Source of the DNA: Rubinisphaera margarita
GTDB taxonomy: Bacteria > Planctomycetota > Planctomycetia > Planctomycetales > Planctomycetaceae
Assembly: GCF_022267515.1 (NCBI RefSeq)
Contig: NZ_JAKFGB010000012.1
Span: forward strand, 893,225-957,224
Reading direction: 5' to 3'
Length of the DNA: 64,000 nt
Below are positions 46,856-58,551 of the stretch, one piece after another; the first letter of the stretch is position 1; every line of letters begins with the position of its first letter. The notes beneath the pieces were generated by a model. That model saw only the letters and a program-made list of their open reading frames with translations. It made no database searches and was not told where the DNA came from. A program made the translations under genes and the position numbers.

Positions 46856-47847
46856 GCCAGCTCCTCGCGGGTGTCGATCTCGGAGGGACGACGGCCAAGC
46901 TGGCTGTCGCGGATTTGGAAGGCGAGATCGTCAGCGAATGCGCGATTGCAACGGAGGCTCATCATGGGCCTGAGAACGTCCTGGCGAGGATCGGAGATCA
47001 GCTCGAAGAACTGGCGTCGAAGAGTTCTGCGTCCATCAGCACCATTGGGTTCGGGGCTCCCGGACTGGTTGATATTGAAACGGGCCGCACCAGATTCCTT
47101 CCCAATCTGACGGGCAACTGGCGAGATGTCGACGTTGCTGGAACCTTGGGAAAGCGTTTCTCCTGCCCCGTTCGTGTTCTCAACGACGCACGGGCGGCGA
47201 CACTGGCTGAGCTTCGATTTGGACATGGAGCGAGTACACCCGGGTTGAAAATGGCGTTCTTTTCAATTGGAACAGGGATTGGCGGTGGCGTCGCGGTCAA
47301 TGGAGAGCTGCTGCTCGGTCCACTCGGATCGGCTGGCGAACTGGGCCATCAGACGATTCTCCCGGACGGCCCGTTGTGTGGATGCGGAAACCACGGCTGC
47401 CTGGAAACGCTGGCCAGCGGGACGGCGATCGCAGCCGAGGGGATCCGCCTGATGCAGATGGGGCTGGCTCCGCATCTGTATGAAGCGGTCGATGGCGATG
47501 CGAATCGCGTCACCCCGCGCGAGATGAATCTGGCAGCCGTTCACGATTCGGCCCTCCGTGACGCTCTGGAACGAGCTGTCACTTGGATCGGAATCGCAGC
47601 CGCGAACGTCGTCACGATGCTTCATCCCGATCTGATCGTGTTCGGGGGTGGTGTGGCCGCTCTCGGAGATCTTCTGCTCGATACCGTTCGCGATCAGATC
47701 ACGACGCGGGTCGGTATGTTTCCGACTGACAATGTCCGCGTTGAACTTTCGCAACTCGGCGACCGAGCCGGGGTGCTGGGGGCGATCGCACTCGCGGCCG
47801 ATGCTTATCAAACTCCTTCGTCTTCATCATCAGGAATGCACTCATGA
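46852..47847 (+). CDS. ROK family sugar kinase
   Basis: N-terminal motif [13 protein letters not shown]. Zinc motif [10 protein letters not shown]. Confidence 0.85.
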   Translation: MSQLLAGVDLGGTTAKLAVADLEGEIVSECAIATEAHHGPENVLARIGDQLEELASKSSASISTIGFGAPGLVDIETGRTRFLPNLTGNWRDVDVAGTLGKRFSCPVRVLNDARAATLAELRFGHGASTPGLKMAFFSIGTGIGGGVAVNGELLLGPLGSAGELGHQTILPDGPLCGCGNHGCLETLASGTAIAAEGIRLMQMGLAPHLYEAVDGDANRVTPREMNLAAVHDSALRDALERAVTWIGIAAANVVTMLHPDLIVFGGGVAALGDLLLDTVRDQITTRVGMFPTDNVRVELSQLGDRAGVLGAIALAADAYQTPSSSSSGMHS

Positions 47848-48626
47848 AATACTCGTACAACGAACTGGCCAAGATAATCGATCACTCGTTGCTCCACCCG
47901 ACGATGACCGATCAGGAACTCGAAGATGGTTGCAGGCTGGCAGCGAAGTACAACGTCGCTTCGGTCTGCATTAAGCCTTATGCCGTGAAGCGAGCCGTCG
48001 AACTGCTGAAGGAAACCGACGTGCTTGTCGGAGCCGTGATCGGTTTTCCCCATGGGAACTCCACCACGGAGTCGAAACGGTATGAAACCGAACTCGCGTG
48101 CAAAGACGGCGCAGTCGAGATCGACATGGTCATCAATACCGGGAAGGCACTCAGCGGAGAGTGGGACTACGTTGAACAGGACGTGCGGGCCGTATGCGAC
48201 GAAGCGCACGGTCATGGAGCGAAGGTCAAAGTGATCTTCGAGAACGACTATCTCACCGCGGGCGGAGCGGGACTGAGCAGCGACGACTTCAAACGGAAGC
48301 TTTGCCAGATCTGCGAGTCAGCTGGAGCGGACTGGGTGAAGACGTCGACCGGTTATGGCTTCGTCAAGCAGAGCGATGGCAAGTACAGCTATCAGGGGGC
48401 AACCGAGCATGACCTGAAACTGATGCGGGAAGCCTGCTCGTCGAACGTCGAAGTCAAAGCGGCTGGCGGCGTTCGCGACCTGGATGGACTGATCCGTGTT
48501 CGCGAACTTGGAGCGAGCCGATGCGGTGCCAGCGCGACGGCCGCGATTCTGGATGAATACCATCGGCGCGAAGCGGGTGAGTCTGCACCCTCCTCGTCCG
48601 GAATGTTAGGACAAGGCGGGTACTGA
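47844..48626 (+). CDS. Deoxyribose-phosphate aldolase family (DeoC-like class I aldolase)
   Basis: Motifs SVCIKPY, VIGFPHG and the Schiff-base region KTSTGY. Confidence 0.75.
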   Translation: MKYSYNELAKIIDHSLLHPTMTDQELEDGCRLAAKYNVASVCIKPYAVKRAVELLKETDVLVGAVIGFPHGNSTTESKRYETELACKDGAVEIDMVINTGKALSGEWDYVEQDVRAVCDEAHGHGAKVKVIFENDYLTAGGAGLSSDDFKRKLCQICESAGADWVKTSTGYGFVKQSDGKYSYQGATEHDLKLMREACSSNVEVKAAGGVRDLDGLIRVRELGASRCGASATAAILDEYHRREAGESAPSSSGMLGQGGY

Positions 48627-48662
48627 TTGAGATCGCCAGCGAGACATCGGGACGCTGTTTAA

Positions 48663-48696
48663 GGCGGGGGTCATTCACGGCCCCCGCCATTTTCAT
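48663..48696 (+). terminator. Intrinsic terminator after the sugar operon
   Basis: Stem GGCGGGGG-(10 nt)-CCCCCGCC followed by ATTTTCAT. Confidence 0.6.
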
Positions 48697-48846
48697 GGGC
48701 CGACAGCGGGAAGCGTTATCTCAAAATGGCTGAGCAAATTTCCAGAGCCAATCGACGTTCAAAAGAATCTGCGATTTTTAAGGAAAAGACTTATTGACAG
48801 GTCGCAACATTACGATATATTGAAGTGGCAACAATGAGACCTATTC

Positions 48847-49164
48847 ATGACTCAGGACGATCCCAAATTCACCGATCTGGAAGCGCTTGGAGAAGCCGCG
48901 GAATGCCTTCGCGTGCTTGCCCACCCTCATCGTCTGCGCATGATTCAGATGCTTCTCTCCGGTCAGTTCACCGTGAGTGAGCTGGCGGAAAGTTGCGAGT
49001 TACCCACCGCGATGGCTTCTGAACACCTTCGGCTCATGCAGCGGTGCGGTTTTCTCACCAGTGAGAAGGAAGGACGGAAGGTCTTCTATAAAGTTGCAGA
49101 GCCTCACCTGGAGAAAATCATGCGATGCATCGAAGAGCGGTTCGATCCGCCAGATCCCCAGTAG
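48847..49164 (+). CDS. ArsR/SmtB family metalloregulator
   Basis: HTH_5 motifs LAHPHRLRMIQML...VSELAE. Confidence 0.8.
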   Translation: MTQDDPKFTDLEALGEAAECLRVLAHPHRLRMIQMLLSGQFTVSELAESCELPTAMASEHLRLMQRCGFLTSEKEGRKVFYKVAEPHLEKIMRCIEERFDPPDPQ

Positions 49165-49191
49165 CGGCTTTTTTTTGGGTTAAACTATCGT

Positions 49192-49818
49192 ATGTTTCCG
49201 ACGTCTCGAACAAAGGAGTCGATGATGAGTGCCAGGACAGTTTCACCCAGGGAATTGCATCAGAAGGTTCAGTCAGGAGAAGAGATTCAGCTGATCGATG
49301 TACGGACTCCGGTCGAGTTTCAGGAAATGCATGCTCAGATTGCTCGGAACGTGCCGCTCGATCAACTCGATGCTTCCGCGTTCGTGAACAGCGAGAAAAC
49401 TGGTCCCGTTTACGTGATTTGTCGTTCAGGCGGCCGGGGCAACCAGGCGGCAGAGAAGCTGACGACAGCGGGACTGACCGAAGTTTACAACGTCGAAGGC
49501 GGAACCCTCGCCTGGGACCAGTCCGGACTTCCGGTTAATCGCGGGAAGAAAATGATTTCACTGGAACGGCAGGTTCGGATTGCAGCGGGCCTTCTTGTGG
49601 TCATTGGCTCCGTGCTCGGTGCGTTCGTTCATCCGTACTGGATTGGGCTGGCTGGATTCGTGGGAGCGGGGCTTGTCTTTGCCGGCGTCACCGACACGTG
49701 TGGCATGGGCCTGATGCTGGCGAAGATGCCGTGGAACAAAGTGAAGAGTTCGTCGGATGGCGTCACCGCAGCCGGACAGTCGAGTTCTTCCGGGACGCGT
49801 CCCACCTGCTGCAGTTGA
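49192..49818 (+). CDS. Rhodanese-domain protein with a C-terminal DUF2892-like membrane segment (YgaP-like)
   Basis: Rhodanese active-site loop CRSGGRG, then two hydrophobic helices. Confidence 0.75.
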   Translation: MFPTSRTKESMMSARTVSPRELHQKVQSGEEIQLIDVRTPVEFQEMHAQIARNVPLDQLDASAFVNSEKTGPVYVICRSGGRGNQAAEKLTTAGLTEVYNVEGGTLAWDQSGLPVNRGKKMISLERQVRIAAGLLVVIGSVLGAFVHPYWIGLAGFVGAGLVFAGVTDTCGMGLMLAKMPWNKVKSSSDGVTAAGQSSSSGTRPTCCS

Positions 49819-49968
49819 GCCGACCTCTCCCCTGCCCTTCAAACGACCGCAATGCCAGGGTCGCGGCTCGGATTCGGACTGTTGCCAAATCTGCGTCGGA
49901 ATGACATGCTCAGGGACGGGCCAGAACGCTTCTGGCTCTCATTCTTACCAGCGACATGGAGAGGACAC

Positions 49969-50683
49969 CGTGAGATCAGTTCTTACACAGTTACTGCTTT
50001 CGCTCTCATTCATTGCCACGATCTCTGGCGCAGCAACGGGCCAGGAGAAGAGCGTTAAGCCGGGGATCAACGATTCCTTTCAGAACCCTGATGTCGCAGA
50101 CTTCGTCGAGCGATTCGAGGTCGAGAGCCGCGAAGTTTATCTGCATCGGGACAAGATCGTCGCAGCATGCGGCATCAAGCCGGGCCAGTCTGTCGCCGAC
50201 ATTGGCGCCGGCACCGGGCTGTTCACGCGACTGTTCGCCGAGCAGGTTGGTCCGGAAGGACGCGTCATCGCGGTCGATATCGCGAAGAACTTTCTCGATC
50301 ATATTCAACTGACCACACGGGAGGCGGGCTACAGGAACGTCGAAACCGTTCATTGCACGGCCGATTCCACTGAGTTGCCGCCCAATTCTGTCGATGTGGC
50401 CTTCATCTGCGATACGTACCATCACTTCGAGTATCCCCAGAAGACGATGGCGTCACTTCGTCGGGCGCTGAAGCCGGATGGCAAGGTGATCGTTATCGAT
50501 TTTCGGCGGATCGAAGGGGTAAGTTCCGAATGGACTCTCAATCACGTTCGTGCCGGCCAGGAAGTCTTCGAGTCTGAGATCGTCGCCGCTGGCTTCGAGA
50601 AGGTTCATGAAGGAGCGGAGTTTCTGGAAGAGAACTATTTCCTGATCTTTCGAAAGCAGGCGAACGACGGGGCGTCTGAATAA
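49969..50683 (+). CDS. Secreted class I SAM-dependent methyltransferase
   Basis: GTG start followed by a signal peptide. SAM motif VADIGAGTG. Confidence 0.7.
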
Positions 50684-50828
50684 TCAGGCCCCCCTCCTTT
50701 TCGCCTGACTGCTGTTGCTTGATTCCGATCCCGTCGACCATGAGGTAGACTGAGAGCGCCTGAAACTGTGGCCTCACCGCAGTTGACCGTTCCCAGCTCA
50801 CTGGCTCTCGTGATCGGAATTCTCTCGT

Positions 50829-52307
50829 ATGCCTGTTGTCCGACCGCTGCTGACTCTTCTCGTCCTGCTCGTCTTCACGACCCCGGGAGCAACTGCAGAG
50901 CGACAACCGAACATTCTCTGGATCGTCGGCGAGAACTTTTCCAACGATCTTGGCTGCTACGGGCAGGCGAATGTGGCAACGCCGAACCTCGATGGGCTGG
51001 CCGCCCGGGGAGTTCGCTTTACCAACGCTTTTGCCACCTCGCCGGTCTGTGCTCCCAGCCGCTCCTGTTTCATGCTCGGCATGTATCAGACGACCACCGA
51101 CACGCACAACATGCGGTCTCATCGGGAGGACGACTTCAAACTGCCACCGGGGATTCGTCCGCTGACGCATCGGCTCAAAGAGGCCGGCTACTACACCGCC
51201 AATATCACTCATCTGGGAGAAACCGAAGTCGGGACGGGCAAGCTCGACCTCAACTTTACCAACGAAGGCGAGATCTACGACGGCTCTCAATGGAACGATC
51301 TCAAAGAGCAACAGCCCTTCTTCGCCCAGATCAATCTGCCGGAAGCCGAGTACGATATCTATGACCGCAAGTCGGCAGAGAAGAAGCGCGTTCCCTGGGT
51401 CGGCGAGGAATGGCATCCGCAGGTCGCCACGGAAGAGAACGTCACTCCCCCGCCCTTCTATCCCGATCATCCGATCGTTCGGCAGGAGTGGGCCCGCTAT
51501 CTGAATTCCATCAGTGGAGCGGACGTCCGCGTCGGCCAGATTCTCGATCGGTTACGGCAGGACGGAATGGATGAGGACACGGTTGTGATCTTCTTCTCAG
51601 ACAACGGCCGCCTGACCGCGAGAGGAATTCATTGGCCGTTCGATCAGGGACTTCGTGTTCCTGTCATTGTCCGCGATGCGAAGAACTTCAACCTGCTCGG
51701 ATCCGACGAGCAGCCCGGAACCGTCAGCGATCGGGTGATCAGTCTGCTTGATCTCACGGCGACGACGCTGTCGCTGGCCGGTGTTGCTCGGCCGCTCGGA
51801 ATGCAAAGCCGCGTTTTTCTCGGCTCGGAAGCTGATCCGCGGCGAACCTATGCGTTCGCCGCCCGCGACCGGATCGATGAGACCGTTATTCGAATGCGAT
51901 CTGTGCACGATGAGCGATATCATTACATTCGCAACTTTACCCCCGGGGCCAGCCTGGGGACGTTGAATCGCTACAAAGAGAAGTGCTTCCTGGTTCAGCC
52001 GCTGATGCGGGAACTCTTGCGGAAGGGGGAACTCTCCGGCCCGGCTTTTGCGGCGATGCAACCCTTCCCTGATGAGATGCTCTTCGATAATCTCACCGAT
52101 CCTCACGAGATCCACAATCTGGCCAACTCAAATGATCCGGCCCATCAGGCGGTTCTGCAGCGGATGAGAGCCGCGCTGAACACCTGGATGATCGAGACTG
52201 GAGACCGGGGACATATTGCCGAGCCATCCGAAGTGGTGGCTCCTTTCGAAAAAGAAATGCACGACTGGTTCGGAACGCCCGACTGGGCCACGAAGAACGT
52301 TCGTTGA
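50829..52307 (+). CDS. Sulfatase (formylglycine-dependent arylsulfatase family)
   Basis: Signal peptide. Active-site motif CAPSRSCFMLG. Confidence 0.85.
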   Translation: MPVVRPLLTLLVLLVFTTPGATAERQPNILWIVGENFSNDLGCYGQANVATPNLDGLAARGVRFTNAFATSPVCAPSRSCFMLGMYQTTTDTHNMRSHREDDFKLPPGIRPLTHRLKEAGYYTANITHLGETEVGTGKLDLNFTNEGEIYDGSQWNDLKEQQPFFAQINLPEAEYDIYDRKSAEKKRVPWVGEEWHPQVATEENVTPPPFYPDHPIVRQEWARYLNSISGADVRVGQILDRLRQDGMDEDTVVIFFSDNGRLTARGIHWPFDQGLRVPVIVRDAKNFNLLGSDEQPGTVSDRVISLLDLTATTLSLAGVARPLGMQSRVFLGSEADPRRTYAFAARDRIDETVIRMRSVHDERYHYIRNFTPGASLGTLNRYKEKCFLVQPLMRELLRKGELSGPAFAAMQPFPDEMLFDNLTDPHEIHNLANSNDPAHQAVLQRMRAALNTWMIETGDRGHIAEPSEVVAPFEKEMHDWFGTPDWATKNVR

Positions 52308-52376
52308 TCACACACCTCCTGCCGGCGCGAAGCCCGATCCCTACCGCCGCCGGCTGACAATTGAGAAACACCCGCG

Positions 52377-54164
52377 ATGAGCATGGAAGCCTGGATGACC
52401 CTGGGGGTGGTCTTCGCCCTCTTTGTGGCTCTCGTTAAGAACATCGGGCCGCCCGATCTGCTTTTCATGGGAGCGACTTCCCTGTTCGCTCTCCTCGGCG
52501 TCATCACCCCCAAAGAGGCCTTCGCCGGGTTCTCGAATGCCGGGATGCTGACCGTCGCCGTGCTTTTCGTTGTTGTCGCGGCTCTTCGTGAAACGGGAGT
52601 CCTCGATTTCATCGGGCATCACGTGCTGGGGCGGGCCCGCTCCGAGAAATCTGTTCTGGTGCGCCTGTCGAGCGTGATCATTCCGCTGTCCGCGTTTCTG
52701 AACAACACTCCGATTGTGGCAATGTTCGTTCCCGTGGTGATCGAATGGGCTCGTCGGAACAAGGTCTCCCCCTCCCGATTGTTGATCCCTCTGTCCTATC
52801 TCGCGATCCTCGGGGGGACCTGTACTCTGATCGGAACCTCCACGAACCTCGTGGTCAATGGGCTGATGATCGACAACGGAATCGAGGGGATGAGCCTGTT
52901 CGAGATCGGAAAGGTCGGCCTGCCCTATGCGATCATCGGCGTGACGTATCTGCTGCTGTTCGGCAGGAAGCTGCTTCCGGAACGCAAGGAACTGCTGGAG
53001 CAGCTGGGGGAGTCCCGCAAGGAGTACATGACGGAAATGCTCGTCCAACCGACGTGTCGCCTTGTCGGCCAGAGTGTTGAGCTCGCGGGCCTTCGCCAGC
53101 TCCCGGGGCTGTTTCTGATTGAAATCGAACGGAACGGCTCGGTGATCGCGCCCGTGGGGCCGGACGATGTCATCCTCGCCAGCGATCGCCTTGTCTTCAC
53201 AGGGATCGTTAGCAGCATCATCGAGCTCGAGAAGATTCCCGGCCTCGTCCCGGCGGCGGACGTTGAGGCTGCTGCCCCGAGCGAGCCGGAAAAACACCGG
53301 CGGATGTGCGAAGCCGTGATCTCCGAAAGTTCGCCGCTGGTTGGGAAAACGATTCGGGAGGCGGATTTCCGTGCGACCTACGGAGCGGCAGTTGTGGCCG
53401 TCCATCGTGGTGGACGGCGTGTCGAGAAGAAGATCGGCGATATTGAACTGCGTCCGGGAGACACGCTGCTCATGCAGGTACGTCCTCACTTCTCACGGGC
53501 CTACCGTCACGACCCGGCTTTCTATCTGGTGTCGGATGTTGAGGACTGGCGACCGGTGCGTCGTGAACGGGCCTGGATTGCCGTTTTGCTCTTTGCGGTT
53601 CTGATCACCCTGATGACGACCGGCATTGTCGACACGGTGGTCGCAGCAACCGCAATCGCATTTCTGATGGTCGCGTGTGGCTGTATCTCATCGGGCGATG
53701 CCCGCCGGAGTATTGAATGGCAGGTGCTCGTCACGATTGCCGCGGCTTTTGGAGTCGGAGCCGCCCTGGAGAATTCCGGAGCGGCAACGGCAGTTGCTGA
53801 GTTGCTGGTTGAATCGACGCACGCTTGGGGACCGGTCGCGGCTCTGGCCGTGATCTACCTGATTGGTTCACTGATGACCGAAGTCATTACCAACAACGCC
53901 GCAGCCGTGCTGATCTTCCCCTTCTGTCTGGAGACCGCCCGGCTGTACGACGTCGATCCGCGACCATTCCTGATGGCGCTGGTGCTGTCGGCTTCGGCCA
54001 GTTTCATGACGCCGATCGGCTATCAGACGAACATGATGGTCTACGGGCCGGGCGGCTATCGATTCGGCGATTTCGTGCGAATCGGCACGCCGCTCAACCT
54101 GCTGCTCTGGATCACCGCGATCTTCCTGATCCCCTTATTCTGGCCGTTCGTTCCGCCAGTCTGA
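52377..54164 (+). CDS. DASS/SLC13-type anion permease with two central TrkA-C domains
   Basis: Permease halves flank a tandem TrkA_C region (…ELAGLRQLPGLFLIEIERNG…). Confidence 0.8.
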   Translation: MSMEAWMTLGVVFALFVALVKNIGPPDLLFMGATSLFALLGVITPKEAFAGFSNAGMLTVAVLFVVVAALRETGVLDFIGHHVLGRARSEKSVLVRLSSVIIPLSAFLNNTPIVAMFVPVVIEWARRNKVSPSRLLIPLSYLAILGGTCTLIGTSTNLVVNGLMIDNGIEGMSLFEIGKVGLPYAIIGVTYLLLFGRKLLPERKELLEQLGESRKEYMTEMLVQPTCRLVGQSVELAGLRQLPGLFLIEIERNGSVIAPVGPDDVILASDRLVFTGIVSSIIELEKIPGLVPAADVEAAAPSEPEKHRRMCEAVISESSPLVGKTIREADFRATYGAAVVAVHRGGRRVEKKIGDIELRPGDTLLMQVRPHFSRAYRHDPAFYLVSDVEDWRPVRRERAWIAVLLFAVLITLMTTGIVDTVVAATAIAFLMVACGCISSGDARRSIEWQVLVTIAAAFGVGAALENSGAATAVAELLVESTHAWGPVAALAVIYLIGSLMTEVITNNAAAVLIFPFCLETARLYDVDPRPFLMALVLSASASFMTPIGYQTNMMVYGPGGYRFGDFVRIGTPLNLLLWITAIFLIPLFWPFVPPV

Positions 54165-54172
54165 ATGACTGC

Positions 54173-57076
54173 CTACTCGTAGCGGAACATCACCGTGGCC
54201 GTGGTGTCGGCGTCGGCGATCGCTCGGACCCAGTAGGCACTGAATCCTTCCTCGAACTCGTGCTGAAGCTCGTCGCCCGCTTTGAGTTCGAAGGAGCGAT
54301 ACGGAATCCAGAGCCCGGTTCCATCGACATCGACTTCCAGACGGATCTGGCAGGCGGCGGCAGACTGAATCTGAACCGACTTTCGATCGTATCCGGTCAT
54401 CAGGTAAGGATCAGACGGCTGGTCTGCTTTCACGGACGTTCGGTTCCAGGGGCCGCCGACGCCGCGAGGCTTGCCGAGTTTCCAGAGGTCGTCAATCACA
54501 CCGGCCCACACCGCCGCTTGGCCATCGGCACTGCGAAAGATGTGTTCTGATTCCGTCGACCGATCGAGACCGGTGAAGAACAGCAGTCCGTTGTGCGAAC
54601 AGAAATCGTGAATCGTGAGGTTATGAGTCGCGACCGGTCGCACTTTCGCGAGCCCCTGAGCATTCCGTGCGGGAAGTTCGTAGAACGTTCCGTGCACGTT
54701 CAGGAGATCCCGTTCGGTCGCGGCTTCCCGGCAGACGCGGGGAGGGCCGAAGTCGAGTGGGTTGGCCCGCTGAATCTCCGGAGAGTTCTTGAAGAGAGCA
54801 ATCTCATAGATCCGCAGGTGACCAGTCTCCGCGGCAACAATTCGCAACTCTTGAGCGGTGACAGGCTCGTCGAAGACGATCTCGTGTTCGATCTGATGAT
54901 TCCGACGAACGGTTCCCTGCTCCAGAGTTCGCCAGTCGCCCCCGTCTCGAATCTGAACATCGAAGTTCCGGGCGACATACTGCGGATCCTGCAACCAGCC
55001 GGAAACGACCCACAGACTCCGGAAGGTCTGCGGCTGGCCAAGGTCAATTTCGATCGCCCCTTTCTCACCACTCGTGGAGATCCAGCGGGCTTCATCGTTG
55101 CCGATCCTGCCATCAACGGCGAAGTGTGGCGCGTACTCGCCGTGGATCGAACTTGTCTTCACAGTAGCGTCGAGGGCGAGGCTCTGATCAAGAACGTCAG
55201 CCAGCGTGAGCCCTTGGGTTTGACGGGCGGCGGGTCGCTTCCACTGGGGATAGCGGTCGTTTTTAGGCAGCCGATACCTCTTGCCGTCCTCGATCAACAG
55301 AACGGAGGCGTCGTCGACGGTCACCGTCTGCTCGGGTTGCCGAACGGCTTCAATCAGCCGGGCAGCTGCTGCCGGATCATCGACCCGCTGCAACTGGAGC
55401 TGGGAATCGATTTCGTAGTAACCAATGGAACCGCTTTTGTCAGCCGGAACCGCGAGACCGAGTTTGTTGTAGGAAAGACTCTGCATCAGTCCGGTCGTTT
55501 CCGGCTTGTCGTCGAGTGTCGCCAGTCCGGCGAACATCGGATCGTTCGTTGGACGTCGCTCATCCCGATTGCGGTACTGGAAATGGGCCGTGAGTTGAGT
55601 GGCAGGCTGGTCCGCCCTCAGGCGAACCCACGTTGCTGACTCCTCCGGGGAAAAAACATGCGACACCGCTTCCCCTGCGGGGATCTCGACGGTTTGCAGC
55701 GTTTTCCAGTCGTTCGAGCCCTCACGGTCAACCTCGATCGTAATCTGAACCGGCTTGTTCGATTCGTGTGTCAGATGCAGCTGGCGGTAGTCGTATCCGG
55801 CGAACAGATAAGGATCACTGACGGTCCCGGCGTCCACGTCTTCGCGAAGCCAGACGGAGCCACGGCCGATCGCCGGCCCGAAGTCATCCAATTGTTCAGG
55901 AGCGACGAACCAGAGATTGGAATTCGACTGCAGGGGAGCTCCGTGCGGAGACTTGAACGGGCGGGTGTTGAGGAACTCTGCTTTGGCAGAATCGTCGCAA
56001 CCAAAGACGATCCGATCGTTCCAGCGGCAGAAGTCGCCAATCACTTTCAGATAATTCGAGCGGGGAGCGATGCCGGCTGAATTCTTGACGGAGAAGTCGG
56101 CTGGGAATTGCCAGAAGGTGCCATGCATGGTCGCCAGCAGATCGGCTTCGCCAATCTCACGAATGCGCGGCCATTCCGTATTCCAGCCGTGAGCTCCGTC
56201 GTAACTGTGGCTTCCTTTGGGAAGCCGGTAGAAGTGCCATGTGCCGTCTTCAAGCAAGGCGAGCAGGAGTGATTTCTGATCCCAGCCCATCGACCAGATC
56301 GGATCAGTCTTCGGATTCTCACTTCCATGAATCCCGCCGGGACCGGTCACTTCCGTGAACTGATTTCGGCGGACGAGCTGCCAGTCCCCCTGTCCGAACC
56401 ACTGAGCCAAGGCTCCGGACGGAACCGTGGGATCGACTTTCACGCGCGGATCGCGATCGCCATTGTTCGCATAGACGACGCGTCCCTGCCCAGAGTACAG
56501 CCCTTTCCCGTGATAGCCGGGAAGCCGGCTTGGGATGCCCTTCTCGGGTGCTCCTGAGTTGCCATCGCGAATCAGACAGCGGACATCGAGTGTTTCGACG
56601 TCGACTTCGTACAGCCCTTCCTCCATTGTGGCGTAATAGACCTTACCGGCGGGATCGGTGAGATGGCGGGCATTGCCGGTGAGCCGGCCGAACATCTTCC
56701 CGGGAGGAATGACGCGAATCGACTTCTCGGCATCAATCAGATACGGGCCGATGAGCAGCTGGTTTGACTCCGGGTGAATCATCCGATTGGCCGGCGTCCC
56801 GCCGACGCTGCCTTCGAAAATGATCTGCTCCAGATCCGGAGTGATCTGATAGAGCTTGTCGGACGAGCCGCCCGGCATGTGCGGAGCATAAGTGATTGCC
56901 CACAGGTCCCCCTGCCAGAGCACGACCGCCCCGGTGCCGCATTCCCCTTCGTTGTTCCACATCCGCAGATGAGGATACACGCCGGAAACGGAAACCGGTT
57001 CGGCGGCGGGAAGCGAGTTCGAATGAGCGAAGAGGGTCAGAAGTCCAAGAATCAGTACGGTCGCATTGAGGCGCAT
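54173..57076 (-). CDS. Large secreted multidomain protein with an F5/8 type C (discoidin/CBM32-like) domain and two homologous C-terminal repeats
   Basis: Signal peptide. Discoidin-like segment (…GNDEARWISTSGEKGAIEIDLGQPQTF…). Two repeats with the motif SDPYL..GYD. Confidence 0.55.
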   Translation of the reverse strand: MRLNATVLILGLLTLFAHSNSLPAAEPVSVSGVYPHLRMWNNEGECGTGAVVLWQGDLWAITYAPHMPGGSSDKLYQITPDLEQIIFEGSVGGTPANRMIHPESNQLLIGPYLIDAEKSIRVIPPGKMFGRLTGNARHLTDPAGKVYYATMEEGLYEVDVETLDVRCLIRDGNSGAPEKGIPSRLPGYHGKGLYSGQGRVVYANNGDRDPRVKVDPTVPSGALAQWFGQGDWQLVRRNQFTEVTGPGGIHGSENPKTDPIWSMGWDQKSLLLALLEDGTWHFYRLPKGSHSYDGAHGWNTEWPRIREIGEADLLATMHGTFWQFPADFSVKNSAGIAPRSNYLKVIGDFCRWNDRIVFGCDDSAKAEFLNTRPFKSPHGAPLQSNSNLWFVAPEQLDDFGPAIGRGSVWLREDVDAGTVSDPYLFAGYDYRQLHLTHESNKPVQITIEVDREGSNDWKTLQTVEIPAGEAVSHVFSPEESATWVRLRADQPATQLTAHFQYRNRDERRPTNDPMFAGLATLDDKPETTGLMQSLSYNKLGLAVPADKSGSIGYYEIDSQLQLQRVDDPAAAARLIEAVRQPEQTVTVDDASVLLIEDGKRYRLPKNDRYPQWKRPAARQTQGLTLADVLDQSLALDATVKTSSIHGEYAPHFAVDGRIGNDEARWISTSGEKGAIEIDLGQPQTFRSLWVVSGWLQDPQYVARNFDVQIRDGGDWRTLEQGTVRRNHQIEHEIVFDEPVTAQELRIVAAETGHLRIYEIALFKNSPEIQRANPLDFGPPRVCREAATERDLLNVHGTFYELPARNAQGLAKVRPVATHNLTIHDFCSHNGLLFFTGLDRSTESEHIFRSADGQAAVWAGVIDDLWKLGKPRGVGGPWNRTSVKADQPSDPYLMTGYDRKSVQIQSAAACQIRLEVDVDGTGLWIPYRSFELKAGDELQHEFEEGFSAYWVRAIADADTTATVMFRYE

Positions 57077-58551
57077 CAGGCGAGAATCTCCGGGATCAGT
57101 TTACCTTCGACGTTGGTCAGTCGGCGTTGAATCCCGTTATGTTCGAAACTCAGAGCCTCGTAGTCCAGTCCGAGAAGGTGGAGAATGGTAGCGTTGAAGT
57201 GATACAGCGGATGGACGTTCTCGATCGCCTTCTGACCGAATTCATCGGTGGTGCCGTGACTCACCCCAGGCTTCACGCCCGCTCCCGTCATCCAGCAGGT
57301 GAATCCGTCCGGGTTGTGATCGCGTCCTTTGGCTCCCTTCTGAAAGAACGGCATCCGTCCGAACTCGGTACACCAGACAACGAGCGTATCTTCCAGCAGG
57401 CCGCGCTGCTTCAGGTCGCGGATCAGAGCGGCAGCCGGTTGATCGAGAACTTCGGCATGAACGTCGTACTGTTCTTTCAGGGCATTATGGCCGTCCCAGT
57501 TCAGCTTGCCGCCACTGGCGTAAGCCCCATTGAAGAGCTGGACAAAGCGAACACCCCGTTCAATGAGCCGGCGGGCCAGAATGCAGTTTCGGGCAAACCC
57601 GGCTTTATTCTTGTTCTCGACGTCGTCGGCACCGTAGAGCTTGAGAATATGTTCCGGCTCAGTGCTCAGATCGCTGATTTCAGGCACGCTTAACTGCATG
57701 CGGGCGGCCAACTCGTAGCTTGCGATTCGTGCTGCAAGCTTGCCGTCGCTGGGATGCTGCTCGAGATGGCGTTCGTTCATCCGCTGAAGCAACGACCGGG
57801 CCGCCTTGTCGGCTTTGGACGACACTCCGGGAGCGGCCAGATGCCGCACTGGATCGCTGGCCGTCATTGTTGTGCCCTGGAACGCCGCGGGCAAGAAGCC
57901 AGCTCCCCAGTTGTTCGAACCGTTCTGGGGAACGCCGCGTGGATCGGGGATCGCGATGTAGGCCGGCAGTTCCTGACTTTCGCTTCCGAGCGCATACGTC
58001 ACCCAGGAGCCGAGGCTGGGAAAGCCGTCGAGCACGAAACCGGTGGAGAGAAAGTTCTCGGCCGGACCGTGTGTGTTCGAGGTGCTCGTGAGAGAGTGCA
58101 CGAACGCGAAGTCGTCCGTCAGTTCGGCCAGGTGAGGAATCATGTCGCTGACCCACTTCCCGGTTTCGCCCCGCTGGCGGAACTCGTACTGCGGACGGGC
58201 CAGATTCCCCGCCGGTCCCTGGAAGGTGACAGCCGGTCCTCCGGGAAGCGGTTTGTTATCCCATTTGATCAGCTCTGGCTTGTAGTCCCAGGTTTCGAGC
58301 TGACTGACGGCTCCCGCGCAAAAGATGACAACCACATTCTTCGCCCGAGCCGGGAAATGCGGCTGTCGCGGCGCATAGGGCCGGGCAGGATCAATATGCG
58401 GCGTCTTTACTGTGGAGCCGAGGAGTTGATCGGATCCGAGCAGCTGTGTCAGTGCGATTGATCCGAGTGCCGTCGCGCTATTGGAGAGAAAGCTCCGACG
58501 ATCGAGCAGGCTACGGCCAGCTGTCGAAAGATGTTCTGCGTCAGATGTCAT
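57076..58551 (-). CDS. DUF1501 protein, Tat-secreted
   Basis: RRSFLS Tat motif. Paralog of 33148-34560. Confidence 0.85.
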   Translation of the reverse strand: MTSDAEHLSTAGRSLLDRRSFLSNSATALGSIALTQLLGSDQLLGSTVKTPHIDPARPYAPRQPHFPARAKNVVVIFCAGAVSQLETWDYKPELIKWDNKPLPGGPAVTFQGPAGNLARPQYEFRQRGETGKWVSDMIPHLAELTDDFAFVHSLTSTSNTHGPAENFLSTGFVLDGFPSLGSWVTYALGSESQELPAYIAIPDPRGVPQNGSNNWGAGFLPAAFQGTTMTASDPVRHLAAPGVSSKADKAARSLLQRMNERHLEQHPSDGKLAARIASYELAARMQLSVPEISDLSTEPEHILKLYGADDVENKNKAGFARNCILARRLIERGVRFVQLFNGAYASGGKLNWDGHNALKEQYDVHAEVLDQPAAALIRDLKQRGLLEDTLVVWCTEFGRMPFFQKGAKGRDHNPDGFTCWMTGAGVKPGVSHGTTDEFGQKAIENVHPLYHFNATILHLLGLDYEALSFEHNGIQRRLTNVEGKLIPEILA

